This document shows positions 9,155 to 18,507 of a stretch of DNA of 64,000 nucleotides, in pieces. Numbering within the stretch: position 1 is the stretch's first letter; each line of letters opens with the position of its first letter. Under the pieces are notes generated by a model, which searched no databases, was not told the origin of the DNA, and was given only the letters and a program-made list of their open reading frames with translations. Location of the stretch: contig CAZHYV010000003.1 in assembly GCA_964537055.1 (NCBI GenBank), forward strand, positions 25,445 through 89,444. Direction: 5' to 3'. Both the position numbers and the translations under genes were made by a program. The stretch is from an uncultured Myxococcales bacterium (GTDB lineage Bacteria; Myxococcota_A; Polyangia; Palsa-1104; JAEUJZ01).

Positions 9155-9371
9155 GCCTGGTTGTCGTTTTTGCTTTTGGGGAGGATTGATCTTCTTTTTT
9201 TGGAGTTTTCTTGGTCACCATGTGAAGGTGATAAGTCTTTTTTGGGCAGTGGCAAGCAAAACAAGGCACGCCAAGTGAAATAAGGGTAGGTAGAACATGA
9301 CATGATCAAGGTAAAAAATACCGAGTAAGTACTTGAGACCATGAGTTGTATACGAGAACGAATGGAACTTT

Positions 9372-9983
9372 TTACCCCAAGCGGTCCTCTTTCAGGCGGG
9401 CCATTTCTTGGTCAAACTCTTTTAACATGGTAGACACTTGTTTAAATTCGGGAGTCCCTGCCCGTTTTAGCCAATCATAAAGAATACTCTCGGTGGTAGT
9501 AACAAGGGCTCCCGCCTGTTCGCACAGAGATAAGCCCCATTCATAATCACCCCGATGACGGGCCAACGTAGCGTCATGGGGAATAAACACCGAATATCCT
9601 TGTGCCTGAAGATCGCGGGCTGTTTGGAAGATACAAACATGTGTCTCCAGACCACAAAGAATAACCTGCTTTCTTGCTTGATGGGGTAGTTCTCGGGCCA
9701 GGTTTGGATTGGCCCAAGCAGAAAATTCAATTTTTTCAAGCACTTTGGTAGCTGGTGAAAGCGCATTTCGGATTTCCGGTACCGTTGGTCCCAATCCCTT
9801 GGGGTATTGTTCCGAGACCATCACCGGAATCTGTAGCAAATTCGCCGTCTTTACAAGCGAAACGATCCTCTTTTTGATACAGATGAAGGACTCTGGATGC
9901 ATGGCCTGGCTGAGCCGTTCCTGCACATCTACGCATAGGATCAAAGATTGCTCAGGGATAAGTTTTAAAGAGGGGGTACGCAT
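9372..9983 (-). CDS. Isochorismatase family cysteine hydrolase
   Basis: VDVQERL, SEQYPKGLGPTV, KIEFSA and GLETHVCIFQTA motifs. Confidence 0.9.
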   Translation of the reverse strand: MRTPSLKLIPEQSLILCVDVQERLSQAMHPESFICIKKRIVSLVKTANLLQIPVMVSEQYPKGLGPTVPEIRNALSPATKVLEKIEFSAWANPNLARELPHQARKQVILCGLETHVCIFQTARDLQAQGYSVFIPHDATLARHRGDYEWGLSLCEQAGALVTTTESILYDWLKRAGTPEFKQVSTMLKEFDQEMARLKEDRLG

Positions 9984-10056
9984 AGAAAGACGAAGGCTCC
10001 TTATTTTACCTACGTTTGGCTCATTATACCAAAGAATCAGCTAGCCTCCATCTTGT

Positions 10057-11133
10057 TTAGTACTGATAACCAACCATGACCATACCGCCAAAGTAGTGAT
10101 CCATGGCACTGTGGGCTAGGTGAAAAGCCGCTTGTTCCTCGCTTCTTGTAGAGGCGGGGAGGCTTTGGCCTAATTGGAAAAAGGTTTGAAAGAACTCGTA
10201 AAACCCTGCAAGCCGAAACGTTAAACCCTTCCAAGCGACAATTTCTATGGGAGTGACAGCGACCCGGAATCCATACCCATTGGCAGGCCCATACCCGCCC
10301 CCTTGAAAACGCCCCTCTTCTGAGGAGGTATCGTGAAACGTTTTTTGCATTTCTCCGTAGTGAAATACAGCATGCAGGTTTGTCATCAATACAAACCGTA
10401 GAGAAAGATTCTTTCTTACGTAATAGGGTATTTGGGTGCCAAGCCCAAACGTAATATATTGATACCGTACTTCTGGAAATCCGTGGTCATCCACTCCTAA
10501 AATCGGGGGACCCGATCCTACATCGTAGTATTTTTCCTGTTTTTGAAGGGCAAACCAATGGAATCCGTACTGAAGGCTTGCCAGCAGAGACGGAAGACGT
10601 GGGTTTGCTAAAAAGTTGTACCGATAATACAAGCCTCCTTCAAACCGAACCTCTCTGGTTTCTAAAGATATAGGCGCTTGCCCGCGATAAGCATACGATG
10701 AATCAGGCCAAATAACCCAATCGACAAGGGCAGAGAGTCCCAATCCTTGCAAAGCGTGATGACGATGTCTTGCAAAGGGATACCCTGCTACTTGCAAACG
10801 CAACCCACCTGTGATGGAAGGATCAAAGCGAGAGCAGCGGTTTGGGTCATACCGGTACACTCGCTTGGTTGGGTCATTTATATTCAAGGAGCTGCCCGCA
10901 AAGTTACTACAGGAGAACCGAGGATCCTCTAATTCTTTAAATTCGAAAGCACGTCCGCTGATAAGAAATCCTGCGCTTGCCTCAACAAAGGGAGAGACGA
11001 AACCACTTTCGTTAGGTTCTACAGTGAGCTTGTTTGATTGGGTTAGGTTCTGGTCCTGAACTGCACCCTGGGCGACGAAGATAAGGAGAAATAGACTACC
11101 TAAGATGGGGAAAGTAAAGCTAGCACGTATCAT
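10057..11133 (-). CDS. Putative outer-membrane beta-barrel protein, hypothetical
   Basis: Signal-like N-terminus from Met at 11133, alternating hydrophobic strands and a C-terminal aromatic residue (VGYQY). Confidence 0.55.
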   Translation of the reverse strand: MIRASFTFPILGSLFLLIFVAQGAVQDQNLTQSNKLTVEPNESGFVSPFVEASAGFLISGRAFEFKELEDPRFSCSNFAGSSLNINDPTKRVYRYDPNRCSRFDPSITGGLRLQVAGYPFARHRHHALQGLGLSALVDWVIWPDSSYAYRGQAPISLETREVRFEGGLYYRYNFLANPRLPSLLASLQYGFHWFALQKQEKYYDVGSGPPILGVDDHGFPEVRYQYITFGLGTQIPYYVRKNLSLRFVLMTNLHAVFHYGEMQKTFHDTSSEEGRFQGGGYGPANGYGFRVAVTPIEIVAWKGLTFRLAGFYEFFQTFFQLGQSLPASTRSEEQAAFHLAHSAMDHYFGGMVMVGYQY

Positions 11134-11277
11134 GAGAGGGGCAAAGTAACATGGGCACACAAGGGTATGCAAGAGGGTGTTTACATCACAGGCAGCAGAC
11201 GAAGATGCCTTTAAGCTGGGCAAGAGAAACGAAGCCTTGTAGCTCGTGTTTTCTTTGGGAGAGGTGAAAGAACAAAC

Positions 11278-11700
11278 CTAGAAACAGAGCCCAAATCCAC
11301 TCACGCTGCCTTGGCTGGGTGCCGACTTTTCCCTTTGAGCAGCAGCTGTACCCTCAGCCACCGAATGTACGGTAAAACGAGGACAATTACTTACCGTTTC
11401 GTCACCCCCAAGCGGATTGGTAAGAAGACGGCCTTCAAGGTTTGTATAGCTGTAAATACCTCCAACACCAGAGCCTGAGGGGGATCTTTGCGGTTGAGTT
11501 GCTGAAGGTGCAACAGGTTGTGCTTGAGCATCGACCGAAGCGGGTGTCTCTGGATCGTCTGATGGTACTTCAACAAGCTTATCTAAATCCCAGCGGGGCT
11601 CTGCATAAGGAACCTCGGATTTGGTGTGTTCGACACAACCAATCGTCATCATTGTTCCAATAGCTGCAATCAGAGAAAATTTTGTAAATAAAGTTTTCAT
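11278..11700 (-). CDS. Hypothetical lipoprotein
   Basis: Signal peptide with lipobox-like TIGC and AAGGAG RBS upstream. Confidence 0.6.
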   Translation of the reverse strand: MKTLFTKFSLIAAIGTMMTIGCVEHTKSEVPYAEPRWDLDKLVEVPSDDPETPASVDAQAQPVAPSATQPQRSPSGSGVGGIYSYTNLEGRLLTNPLGGDETVSNCPRFTVHSVAEGTAAAQREKSAPSQGSVSGFGLCF

Positions 11701-11937
11701 AGAGTCTCCTTAAAACTGGTGTTTGATGGCATCCAATACCAAGGTGGCATTGAAAACCTCATCTGCCTACATGTATTATTAGGTGGTTTAATGTAAATGC
11801 AAGAGGGTAAACTTGGTTCGATAAAAATCTGTAAGGAAATCAATAGCTAAGAAGAAAATTTTCCGAAGCCGAGGCCATCCTTTAAGGAGAGGTAGGGCAA
11901 TCCAGTGGAAGCTGCTTATTTGGCATGGAAGCTTTGC

Positions 11938-13413
11938 TCACTTTGGTTTACTTGCACAACGGTTTATATTGAGAGGCTGCCCCTCCTCTTGAACAATGAC
12001 AAATTCGACCCTACGGTTTTGGGCCCGCTGTTCTTCTGTATCGTTTGAAGAAATGGGACAGTGAAATCCAAATCCTTCTGCGGTCAGGCGAGTCTCCTCA
12101 ACCCCTTGGCTAACAAGGTAGGCCTTAACAGCTTGGGCTCGTCTTAGGGACAGGCTTACGTTAGCTGTCTCTGTCCCTACGTTATCTGTATGACCCTCAA
12201 TGCGTATTAGTTTTATCTTGGGGTAATTACGTAAAAGTTCTGCTACCTTATTGAGAAGGGGATAATCCTCAGGTCGAATGGTATCTTGACCAAAAGACAA
12301 AAAGGTTTTTTGGTTGATTTGGATTTTTTGCTCTTTTAACTCAACCAGTGGTACAGGAGGCATAAGTTTGTTCTGTAAAGGCGCTGCAGGAGAAGGAATC
12401 GCCGTCGAAGGTGACCATGCCCAGGAAATTCCAGCGAATGCTCTCACGGTGGGCGCTCCATACCCATGGTTAAGGCCCATTCCTACTCCTGCAAAAAACG
12501 AAAACTGTTTGTGGAGCGCTTTTAATGATAACAGAGCTTCTGCTGGGTTATGGTGGCTATCCCCTAGAGGGGTATGTGCTTTCCCAGAGATTTCCCCCAC
12601 AAGATAAATGGCGTTTGGCCCTTTGTGAAATGCTTCTACCTGGAGGCCGAAGCCATAAAGCAAAGCATGCCCTGTGTGATAGTCCCCGAAGTATTCTTGG
12701 GCAGCAAACAGTCCGCCTAGGTTCATAGCGAGCAGAAAGCGCTTATAACCAAGGTGGAGTGTCAATTTGGCTGAAAATCGGGGGAGAGGAGAACCAGTGT
12801 TAAAAATTGTACCTGTAGGCAGACTCAGGTCTCCAAGCAAACCAACACCGAAAGAGACATTTTTATTTTTCCAAGAGGAAGAAAGGCTGCTATCGAAGAA
12901 AACTCCTTTAATAGAAATGTGAGCGTCTTCGAATCCAGCTAAGGAACGATCCCCAGGAACGTAATCCCATTCATTTTCGATGGTTCCAAATCTTTGGTAA
13001 AGTGTCACCGGAAGAGAAAACCCGAATTGGAGTCGTCTGAACAGAGAAAGTGAGAATGCCATTTGTGCCGAAAGGCGGTGGTCTAGGGCATTGAGCAACG
13101 AATCTTGTGTATTATACTGCCCAACAGGCAGATAGGCATAATGGAAGAAAATTTGAGGTGCTACCTCAAGGTGAGGTCCTACCCTCCCCAAGTCTACGGT
13201 CAGCATTCTCCCTGTCCCAAGGGCAGGGTGAAATAAATTTACATCCACGGCAAACGCAGAAAAAGGAAGCCTTAGCATGTACAGAAAAGAAAACATCCAA
13301 AATAACTGAGAAGCTCTCTTACCTAGGCAAAATGGCCGGAATGTCCTCTTGCCAATTTGGGATTGACGAGAAGGGCCCTTAGAAAAATTACTAATGGCAT
13401 ACATCATGAGCAA
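11938..13413 (-). CDS. OmpA family protein with an N-terminal beta-barrel
   Basis: C-terminal OmpA domain (IRIEGHTDNVG, LSLRRAQAVKAYL, NRRVEF), a Pro-rich linker and a barrel-like N-terminal region. Start uncertain. Confidence 0.85.
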   Translation of the reverse strand: MLMMYAISNFSKGPSRQSQIGKRTFRPFCLGKRASQLFWMFSFLYMLRLPFSAFAVDVNLFHPALGTGRMLTVDLGRVGPHLEVAPQIFFHYAYLPVGQYNTQDSLLNALDHRLSAQMAFSLSLFRRLQFGFSLPVTLYQRFGTIENEWDYVPGDRSLAGFEDAHISIKGVFFDSSLSSSWKNKNVSFGVGLLGDLSLPTGTIFNTGSPLPRFSAKLTLHLGYKRFLLAMNLGGLFAAQEYFGDYHTGHALLYGFGLQVEAFHKGPNAIYLVGEISGKAHTPLGDSHHNPAEALLSLKALHKQFSFFAGVGMGLNHGYGAPTVRAFAGISWAWSPSTAIPSPAAPLQNKLMPPVPLVELKEQKIQINQKTFLSFGQDTIRPEDYPLLNKVAELLRNYPKIKLIRIEGHTDNVGTETANVSLSLRRAQAVKAYLVSQGVEETRLTAEGFGFHCPISSNDTEEQRAQNRRVEFVIVQEEGQPLNINRCASKPK

Positions 13414-13515
13414 ATTCCTTCACAGGTTTTCGTGGTATGCTTACGTAATTGATAGGGATTGTAAAGCAGAAACAGAAATTCTCTTCCTTGCGTCGGAATA
13501 TGCTATAAGCCAAAC

Positions 13516-15981
13516 ATGCATCTATTAAAAATGATGAAAGATTTTTTAACACTTATCCCTTTGGTTGTTCTCTTTTTTACCTGTGAGAAGCCACGGACAG
13601 CGATACATATCCATCTTGAGAATCTCCCTTCTGACGCGAAATCTTTGTACCTGTGTACCGTCGTGAACGGGCAGATAAAGGCAACGATGATAAACTCGTC
13701 TCTCGAAAATTTTACATTGGAGCTTCCTTTGCCCGAGCATTTCTCAGAAACGTTGGACTTCTTCTTTGCCATCGAAGGAGAAGATGGATGCTCAAACACG
13801 ATTGCAGAGCAGCAGATCAAACTAACTGAAGGAATTGGAAAAGCAAGTGTTCCTCTGCACTCTTTGGGGAGTACCCCTGCCTGTCGGCTTGTGGTAGAAA
13901 GGCAAGGGTTAGGAAAGGGCGAAGTGATTGTTACCCCCACTGTAACCAACCCTGTTTGTGGAGGGCAGGTCTACTTCGTCCCTCAAGGGGCACAAGCTAG
14001 CATTGAGGCAAGAACAGGGCCCAATTCACATTTTGCGGGATGGGAAGGTGCCTGCGCAGATAGCTCGACCAGCATCTGCTCTTTAGGAAGGATTGAGAGA
14101 TCTGCCTCGGTGACTGCTCAATTTCATCTGGGAATTTGTACTTCTCCCTCTTTCTGTTGGGAACATCCTCTCCCGCAAGGTCATCCACTCACCTCTGTAT
14201 GGGGACCTCCTAATAAGAATGAAGTTTGGACCGTGGGAAGAAATGGCTTAGTCTTGCGTAAAAACGAAGCGGGATGGGTGTGGATGGATGCTGGGATCAA
14301 GGAAGATCTTGCCTCGATTTCAGGGAGCGATGACACAAATATTTGGGTTGTGGGATCCAGGGGGTTGATTCGCCATTTTAACGGACAAACCTGGGAAGCT
14401 TTGCCAGGCAGTAACGTGACAAACGAATCTTTGCAGGATGTATTTGGGCAATTCCCTGACGTGGTTTGGATGGTAGGGGATAAATCCGCTGTGGTTCGAG
14501 GCACAAAGCTAGACCGAGGTTGGACAGACTGGAAACTGGTCCCACCAAACTTGCTAGCGGCAAAGGATTATAGCCGAATTTTTGGCCTCACGAAAAATGA
14601 AATCTTTGCCACGGATACGACAGGCGAGATCTTTCAGGGAAATGGGCTTGCCTGGGTGATGAATCCCATCGCCACTTGCCCTGGAAAGATACTGGGGCTG
14701 TGGGGTCTGGACCAGTCCGGGATTTCTAAATTGTGGTTGACCGGAGAACAGGGCGCCATCTTCCACGAAACTGGAAAGACCTGTACGCGAGTCGCATCAT
14801 TAGGAGATTCTTCCTTCGTTAGTATTTTTGGGACCTCCGCGGATACAATTTGGGCAGTGGGAGAAAAGGGAACCATTGCTGGGAAGACAGCTGGAACATG
14901 GCAGACGGTAACAAGTCCTGTCAAAACGGCACTTTCCGGAGTTTGGGGTCAAAGCCAACAAGGGTTTTACGCGGTCGGAGACCAAGGCGTGATTCTACAG
15001 AACCAAGGGGGTGCCTGGAAGTATGACGAGGGCACCCAAGACCCTGAGCAAATTTTGCCCAGGGTCTCTTTAAACGCCATTGCTGGATCGGATGAGAAGC
15101 ACCTTCGCATTGTGGGAAATGATGGGTTGATTCTGCATTGGACGGGGATACGATGGCAGATGGAATTGAATCCAGATCCTAACAAGCGTTCTCTCTATGG
15201 TCTTTGGTCGGATGAGAAAGAAGGATTGGCTGTTGGAGATCAAGGGGTGATCCTGCACCGTGAAGAGGGGAAGGGGTGGGAGATAATCGCAAGCCCAAGT
15301 CAAAAGCCTCTTTATGCAATCATTAAGGGAACAAGGGTACAACCGGAAATACCCGTGCTTGATAAAAATGAACATTTTATGACCGCCGGAGAAAAAGATA
15401 CTTATCTTGCCGACAGTCCTCCCAAACCAGCGATTATCTGGAGCAAAAATTTAACTCGAAAGACGGATTGGTCCCAGGTGACTCCCAATAGCTCGCACGA
15501 GCGGTTTTATACTTTGTGGACGGATGGAACTTCTTTTTGTGCAGGCGGAGATACCAGAGCCACCGAGACCAATGTTCTCTGCAGTGGAACGTTTGGCTCA
15601 TCTCCGTTAGCGTTCCAAGACACTCCTGAGAGGCAAACAACTTCGATTTACACTCTTTTTGGGACAGGTCCGTCCGATCTTTGGGCTGCCGGGACGGGGT
15701 ATGTATTTCACCGAAAAGGAGGCAACGGGGGCAGTCCAGCCGATTGGGAGCTGATCAAAACAGCAGCAGGAGAGAAGTACCGAGCTGGGTGTCGCGTTGG
15801 GGATGTAGTTTGGCTTGTCGGAGATCAAGGGATCATCAGGAGGTATGGAATTTCAGGAAAGGTGTGGACTGAAGTCCCAAGCGGAATAACAAGTGATCTC
15901 CACGGCATTTGGTGTAACCAAAAAGGAACGGTCCTTATCGTTGGAGATAAAGGAACCATCTTAAGAAATCGTATTCCCTAA
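13516..15981 (+). CDS. Large secreted/lipoprotein with an InlB-B-like repeat and beta-propeller repeats
   Basis: FAGWEGAC...C...VTAQF motif followed by many W-x-V-G-x-x-G-x-I-x-x-x-x-G-x-x-W repeats. Confidence 0.7.
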   Translation: MHLLKMMKDFLTLIPLVVLFFTCEKPRTAIHIHLENLPSDAKSLYLCTVVNGQIKATMINSSLENFTLELPLPEHFSETLDFFFAIEGEDGCSNTIAEQQIKLTEGIGKASVPLHSLGSTPACRLVVERQGLGKGEVIVTPTVTNPVCGGQVYFVPQGAQASIEARTGPNSHFAGWEGACADSSTSICSLGRIERSASVTAQFHLGICTSPSFCWEHPLPQGHPLTSVWGPPNKNEVWTVGRNGLVLRKNEAGWVWMDAGIKEDLASISGSDDTNIWVVGSRGLIRHFNGQTWEALPGSNVTNESLQDVFGQFPDVVWMVGDKSAVVRGTKLDRGWTDWKLVPPNLLAAKDYSRIFGLTKNEIFATDTTGEIFQGNGLAWVMNPIATCPGKILGLWGLDQSGISKLWLTGEQGAIFHETGKTCTRVASLGDSSFVSIFGTSADTIWAVGEKGTIAGKTAGTWQTVTSPVKTALSGVWGQSQQGFYAVGDQGVILQNQGGAWKYDEGTQDPEQILPRVSLNAIAGSDEKHLRIVGNDGLILHWTGIRWQMELNPDPNKRSLYGLWSDEKEGLAVGDQGVILHREEGKGWEIIASPSQKPLYAIIKGTRVQPEIPVLDKNEHFMTAGEKDTYLADSPPKPAIIWSKNLTRKTDWSQVTPNSSHERFYTLWTDGTSFCAGGDTRATETNVLCSGTFGSSPLAFQDTPERQTTSIYTLFGTGPSDLWAAGTGYVFHRKGGNGGSPADWELIKTAAGEKYRAGCRVGDVVWLVGDQGIIRRYGISGKVWTEVPSGITSDLHGIWCNQKGTVLIVGDKGTILRNRIP

Positions 15982-16006
15982 CATAAAATTCTTCTAAGGT
16001 AACGTT

Positions 16007-16345
16007 ATGGCTTTTTTTCGAACTTTTCTTCTCTTGCTTTTTTCAAATATGCTTATGACCTTTGCTTGGTACGGCCATTTAAAATTCTTTAAAGAACGGC
16101 CTTTATGGTGGGTCATTTTGGTGTCTTGGGGAATTGCTTTTTTTGAGTACTGCTTAGCGGTTCCTGCAAACCGTTTCGCCCACGGGGCATTTAGCGTATT
16201 TCAGCTTAAGATTCTTCAAGAGGCGCTGGCCATAGCCGTCTTTATCGTATTTGCGTGGATCATCATGAAAGAGCCACTCAAATGGAACTACGCTGTAAGC
16301 TTTGGGTGTGTCTTATTAGCGGTCTTTTTTGCGTTCCGGTTTTAA
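16007..16345 (+). CDS. DMT family protein (DUF486-like)
   Basis: SNxxMTFAWYGHLK, SWGIAFFEYCLAVPANR and QLKILQE motifs. Confidence 0.9.
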   Translation: MAFFRTFLLLLFSNMLMTFAWYGHLKFFKERPLWWVILVSWGIAFFEYCLAVPANRFAHGAFSVFQLKILQEALAIAVFIVFAWIIMKEPLKWNYAVSFGCVLLAVFFAFRF

Positions 16346-16351
16346 CACACG

Positions 16352-16726
16352 CTAGAATTTTTCTATCGTATTTTGGTCATAAACCATTGCCCATTTTCCA
16401 AAAATATATCGAAACCAAAAAGAAATACGTAAATGCAAAACAAAAGGTTGTCCCTCTGCATCGGTATTTTGGTAAATAGCCTGGATTGAACCCACCGCAA
16501 GATCGGTGGATTCGATGTTCGAAATTACTTTATACTGAAACGAACCCGTGCTCCCATGAAACCAGGCTTCTTGAATTTTTAAAAAGGCCGGAAGGTTGTC
16601 AATATATCCTTGCGGAAGAAGTGCCCCGATAAATGCATGTTCATCAAGCATCGAAACAAAAGTATCCCACTGTTTTTGTGAAACTGCTTTCAGAAATCGT
16701 TCAAATGCGACTGAAAAAGGCTCCAT
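16352..16726 (-). CDS. NTF2/SnoaL-like fold protein
   Basis: 124 aa with the helix-helix-beta pattern and a C-terminal GKWAMVYDQNT typical of NTF2-like proteins. Confidence 0.6.
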   Translation of the reverse strand: MEPFSVAFERFLKAVSQKQWDTFVSMLDEHAFIGALLPQGYIDNLPAFLKIQEAWFHGSTGSFQYKVISNIESTDLAVGSIQAIYQNTDAEGQPFVLHLRISFWFRYIFGKWAMVYDQNTIEKF

Positions 16727-16837
16727 GCTCTTTCTCCATTTTGGTTAGTAGCTGCCCCTAGCATGAGGTTAAATCCTAAATTCGGGCTTCTGTTTTCGTC
16801 AAGATTACGTTAAAACCTCTCATTAAGAGAAGGTTTT

Positions 16838-17794
16838 ATGCCAGACGGAATCATTATTATTGATAAACCCAAAGGGCCTACCTCCTTTGAAGTTGTGAAG
16901 TGGGTGCGGAAACTTACTTCGATAAAACGGGTTGGACATGCGGGCACCCTAGATCCGATGGCCAGCGGTGTCCTTACCGTTTGTGTGGGGGAGGCAACTA
17001 AGCTTGTCCCATATTTTATGGATTCCGAGAAAGAGTATGAAGCAACGATCTATCTTGGAATAACGACCGATACAGACGATGCGGCACCTGAGGCAAAAGT
17101 TCTTAGTAGGGCCCCTGTTGAAAAAGTCACGGCTCTGCCTTTTGAAAAGATCCGAACAGAATTGCAAAGTTTTGTGGGTTGGTATGAACAACGTCCTCCT
17201 GCATTTTCAGCGCTTAAGGTTGACGGAAAGAGGCTTTACGAGGAGGCTCGTTCTGCAAGGACCGAAGAAGAAAAAGAGGCATTGTCACAGCATGTATTAT
17301 TGAAACAGAGGCGCGTATGGATCCAATCGATAAAAATCATGGAATTGTCTCTTCCCGAAATAAAAGTGCATATCACTTGTGGGAAAGGCACCTATATCCG
17401 ATCGGTTGCACGTGATCTAGGTGAAAAGCTAAGGGTAGGGGCGCATCTTAAGGAACTACGTAGGACGAGGGTGGGACCTTTTACAACAGACCAAGCCATT
17501 CCTTATCAATGTAAAATTCCTCCATCGGAAGGTCACCTAACCCTTCTGCCTTTGGCACGGGCGGTTTCTCATCTTCCTAAGATTGTGGTTCCCCTTGCCG
17601 CTGTCAAAAAGATCCAAAATGGGTCAAAGACGGGTGTTAAGTTGATGCGTGAACAGTTTCAAAAGATGTTTGAATCTGCGGAAAAAAACGAGCAGCCGAT
17701 TGCACTTTTCAACGAAAAAGATGATCTTCTTGCAATTTTGGTGTATGAAGAGAATTCATGGAAAATTGGCAGAGGATTTTATCGTTCTTATTGA
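16838..17794 (+). CDS. truB: tRNA pseudouridine(55) synthase
   Basis: IDKPKGPTS, GHAGTLDPMASGVL, PPAFSALKVDGKRLY and CGKGTYIRS motifs. Confidence 0.97.
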   Translation: MPDGIIIIDKPKGPTSFEVVKWVRKLTSIKRVGHAGTLDPMASGVLTVCVGEATKLVPYFMDSEKEYEATIYLGITTDTDDAAPEAKVLSRAPVEKVTALPFEKIRTELQSFVGWYEQRPPAFSALKVDGKRLYEEARSARTEEEKEALSQHVLLKQRRVWIQSIKIMELSLPEIKVHITCGKGTYIRSVARDLGEKLRVGAHLKELRRTRVGPFTTDQAIPYQCKIPPSEGHLTLLPLARAVSHLPKIVVPLAAVKKIQNGSKTGVKLMREQFQKMFESAEKNEQPIALFNEKDDLLAILVYEENSWKIGRGFYRSY

Positions 17795-17868
17795 CATCTA
17801 CTGATTCCTTTGCAAAAACTAATACGTAAATAAAAAGAACGAACAGAACGAACAGGAGTTTGATTCAA

Positions 17869-18138
17869 ATGAGTTTAGCGACACAACGCAAACAGGACGT
17901 TGTTAAAAAATATGCAAAACATGAAACAGATACAGGATCGGCAGAAGTACAGGTAGCCCTTCTTAGCGAAAGAATTGCTTATCTTACTGAGCATCTAAAG
18001 TCTCATGGAAAAGATCACGGATCCCGTCGAGGGTTACTCAAATTGGTAGGACAAAGGCGGCGGATGCTAGATTATTTACAGCAAAAAAGCGACAACCGCT
18101 ATCGGTCTCTGATTTCAAGTTTAGGACTGCGAAAGTAA
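17869..18138 (+). CDS. rpsO: 30S ribosomal protein S15
   Basis: [34 protein letters not shown]. Start placed at the ATG after an AGGAG RBS. Confidence 0.98.
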   Translation: MSLATQRKQDVVKKYAKHETDTGSAEVQVALLSERIAYLTEHLKSHGKDHGSRRGLLKLVGQRRRMLDYLQQKSDNRYRSLISSLGLRK

Positions 18139-18507
18139 CCTGCTTGGTCCGTTTCTGAATTTTCTCACAACCCTCATCCTCTGAGAAGAATACTTCTCTT
18201 TGGCATTGAACTATGCGATTCGGATCTCCTCTTAAAACCAAGCAAACGCCAACCAAGTGGATGGATTGATTTCATGGTTGAGGAGATTTATTATGAAAGC
18301 GGATCGGTTTCCATAATCGTTCCTCCTGATTGGTTTTATACATTGTAATGCTTAGATGAAGGTAGAAATTAGAGAAGAGAAGCGGAGACCTGAGAGCTTT
18401 ACCTCCAGATTAGGTGAAGATGGCGCATGGAATCTATCTGTGTGCAAGTCCAAACAAGTTTGCCTTCTTGTCACCCTTTCTCTGGAATTATCAAAATAGG
18501 AGTTTTT

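Noticed and set aside
11938-13413. Calling the OmpA protein traB
   Set aside because: No thrombospondin repeats and no adjacent TraA-like gene were seen.
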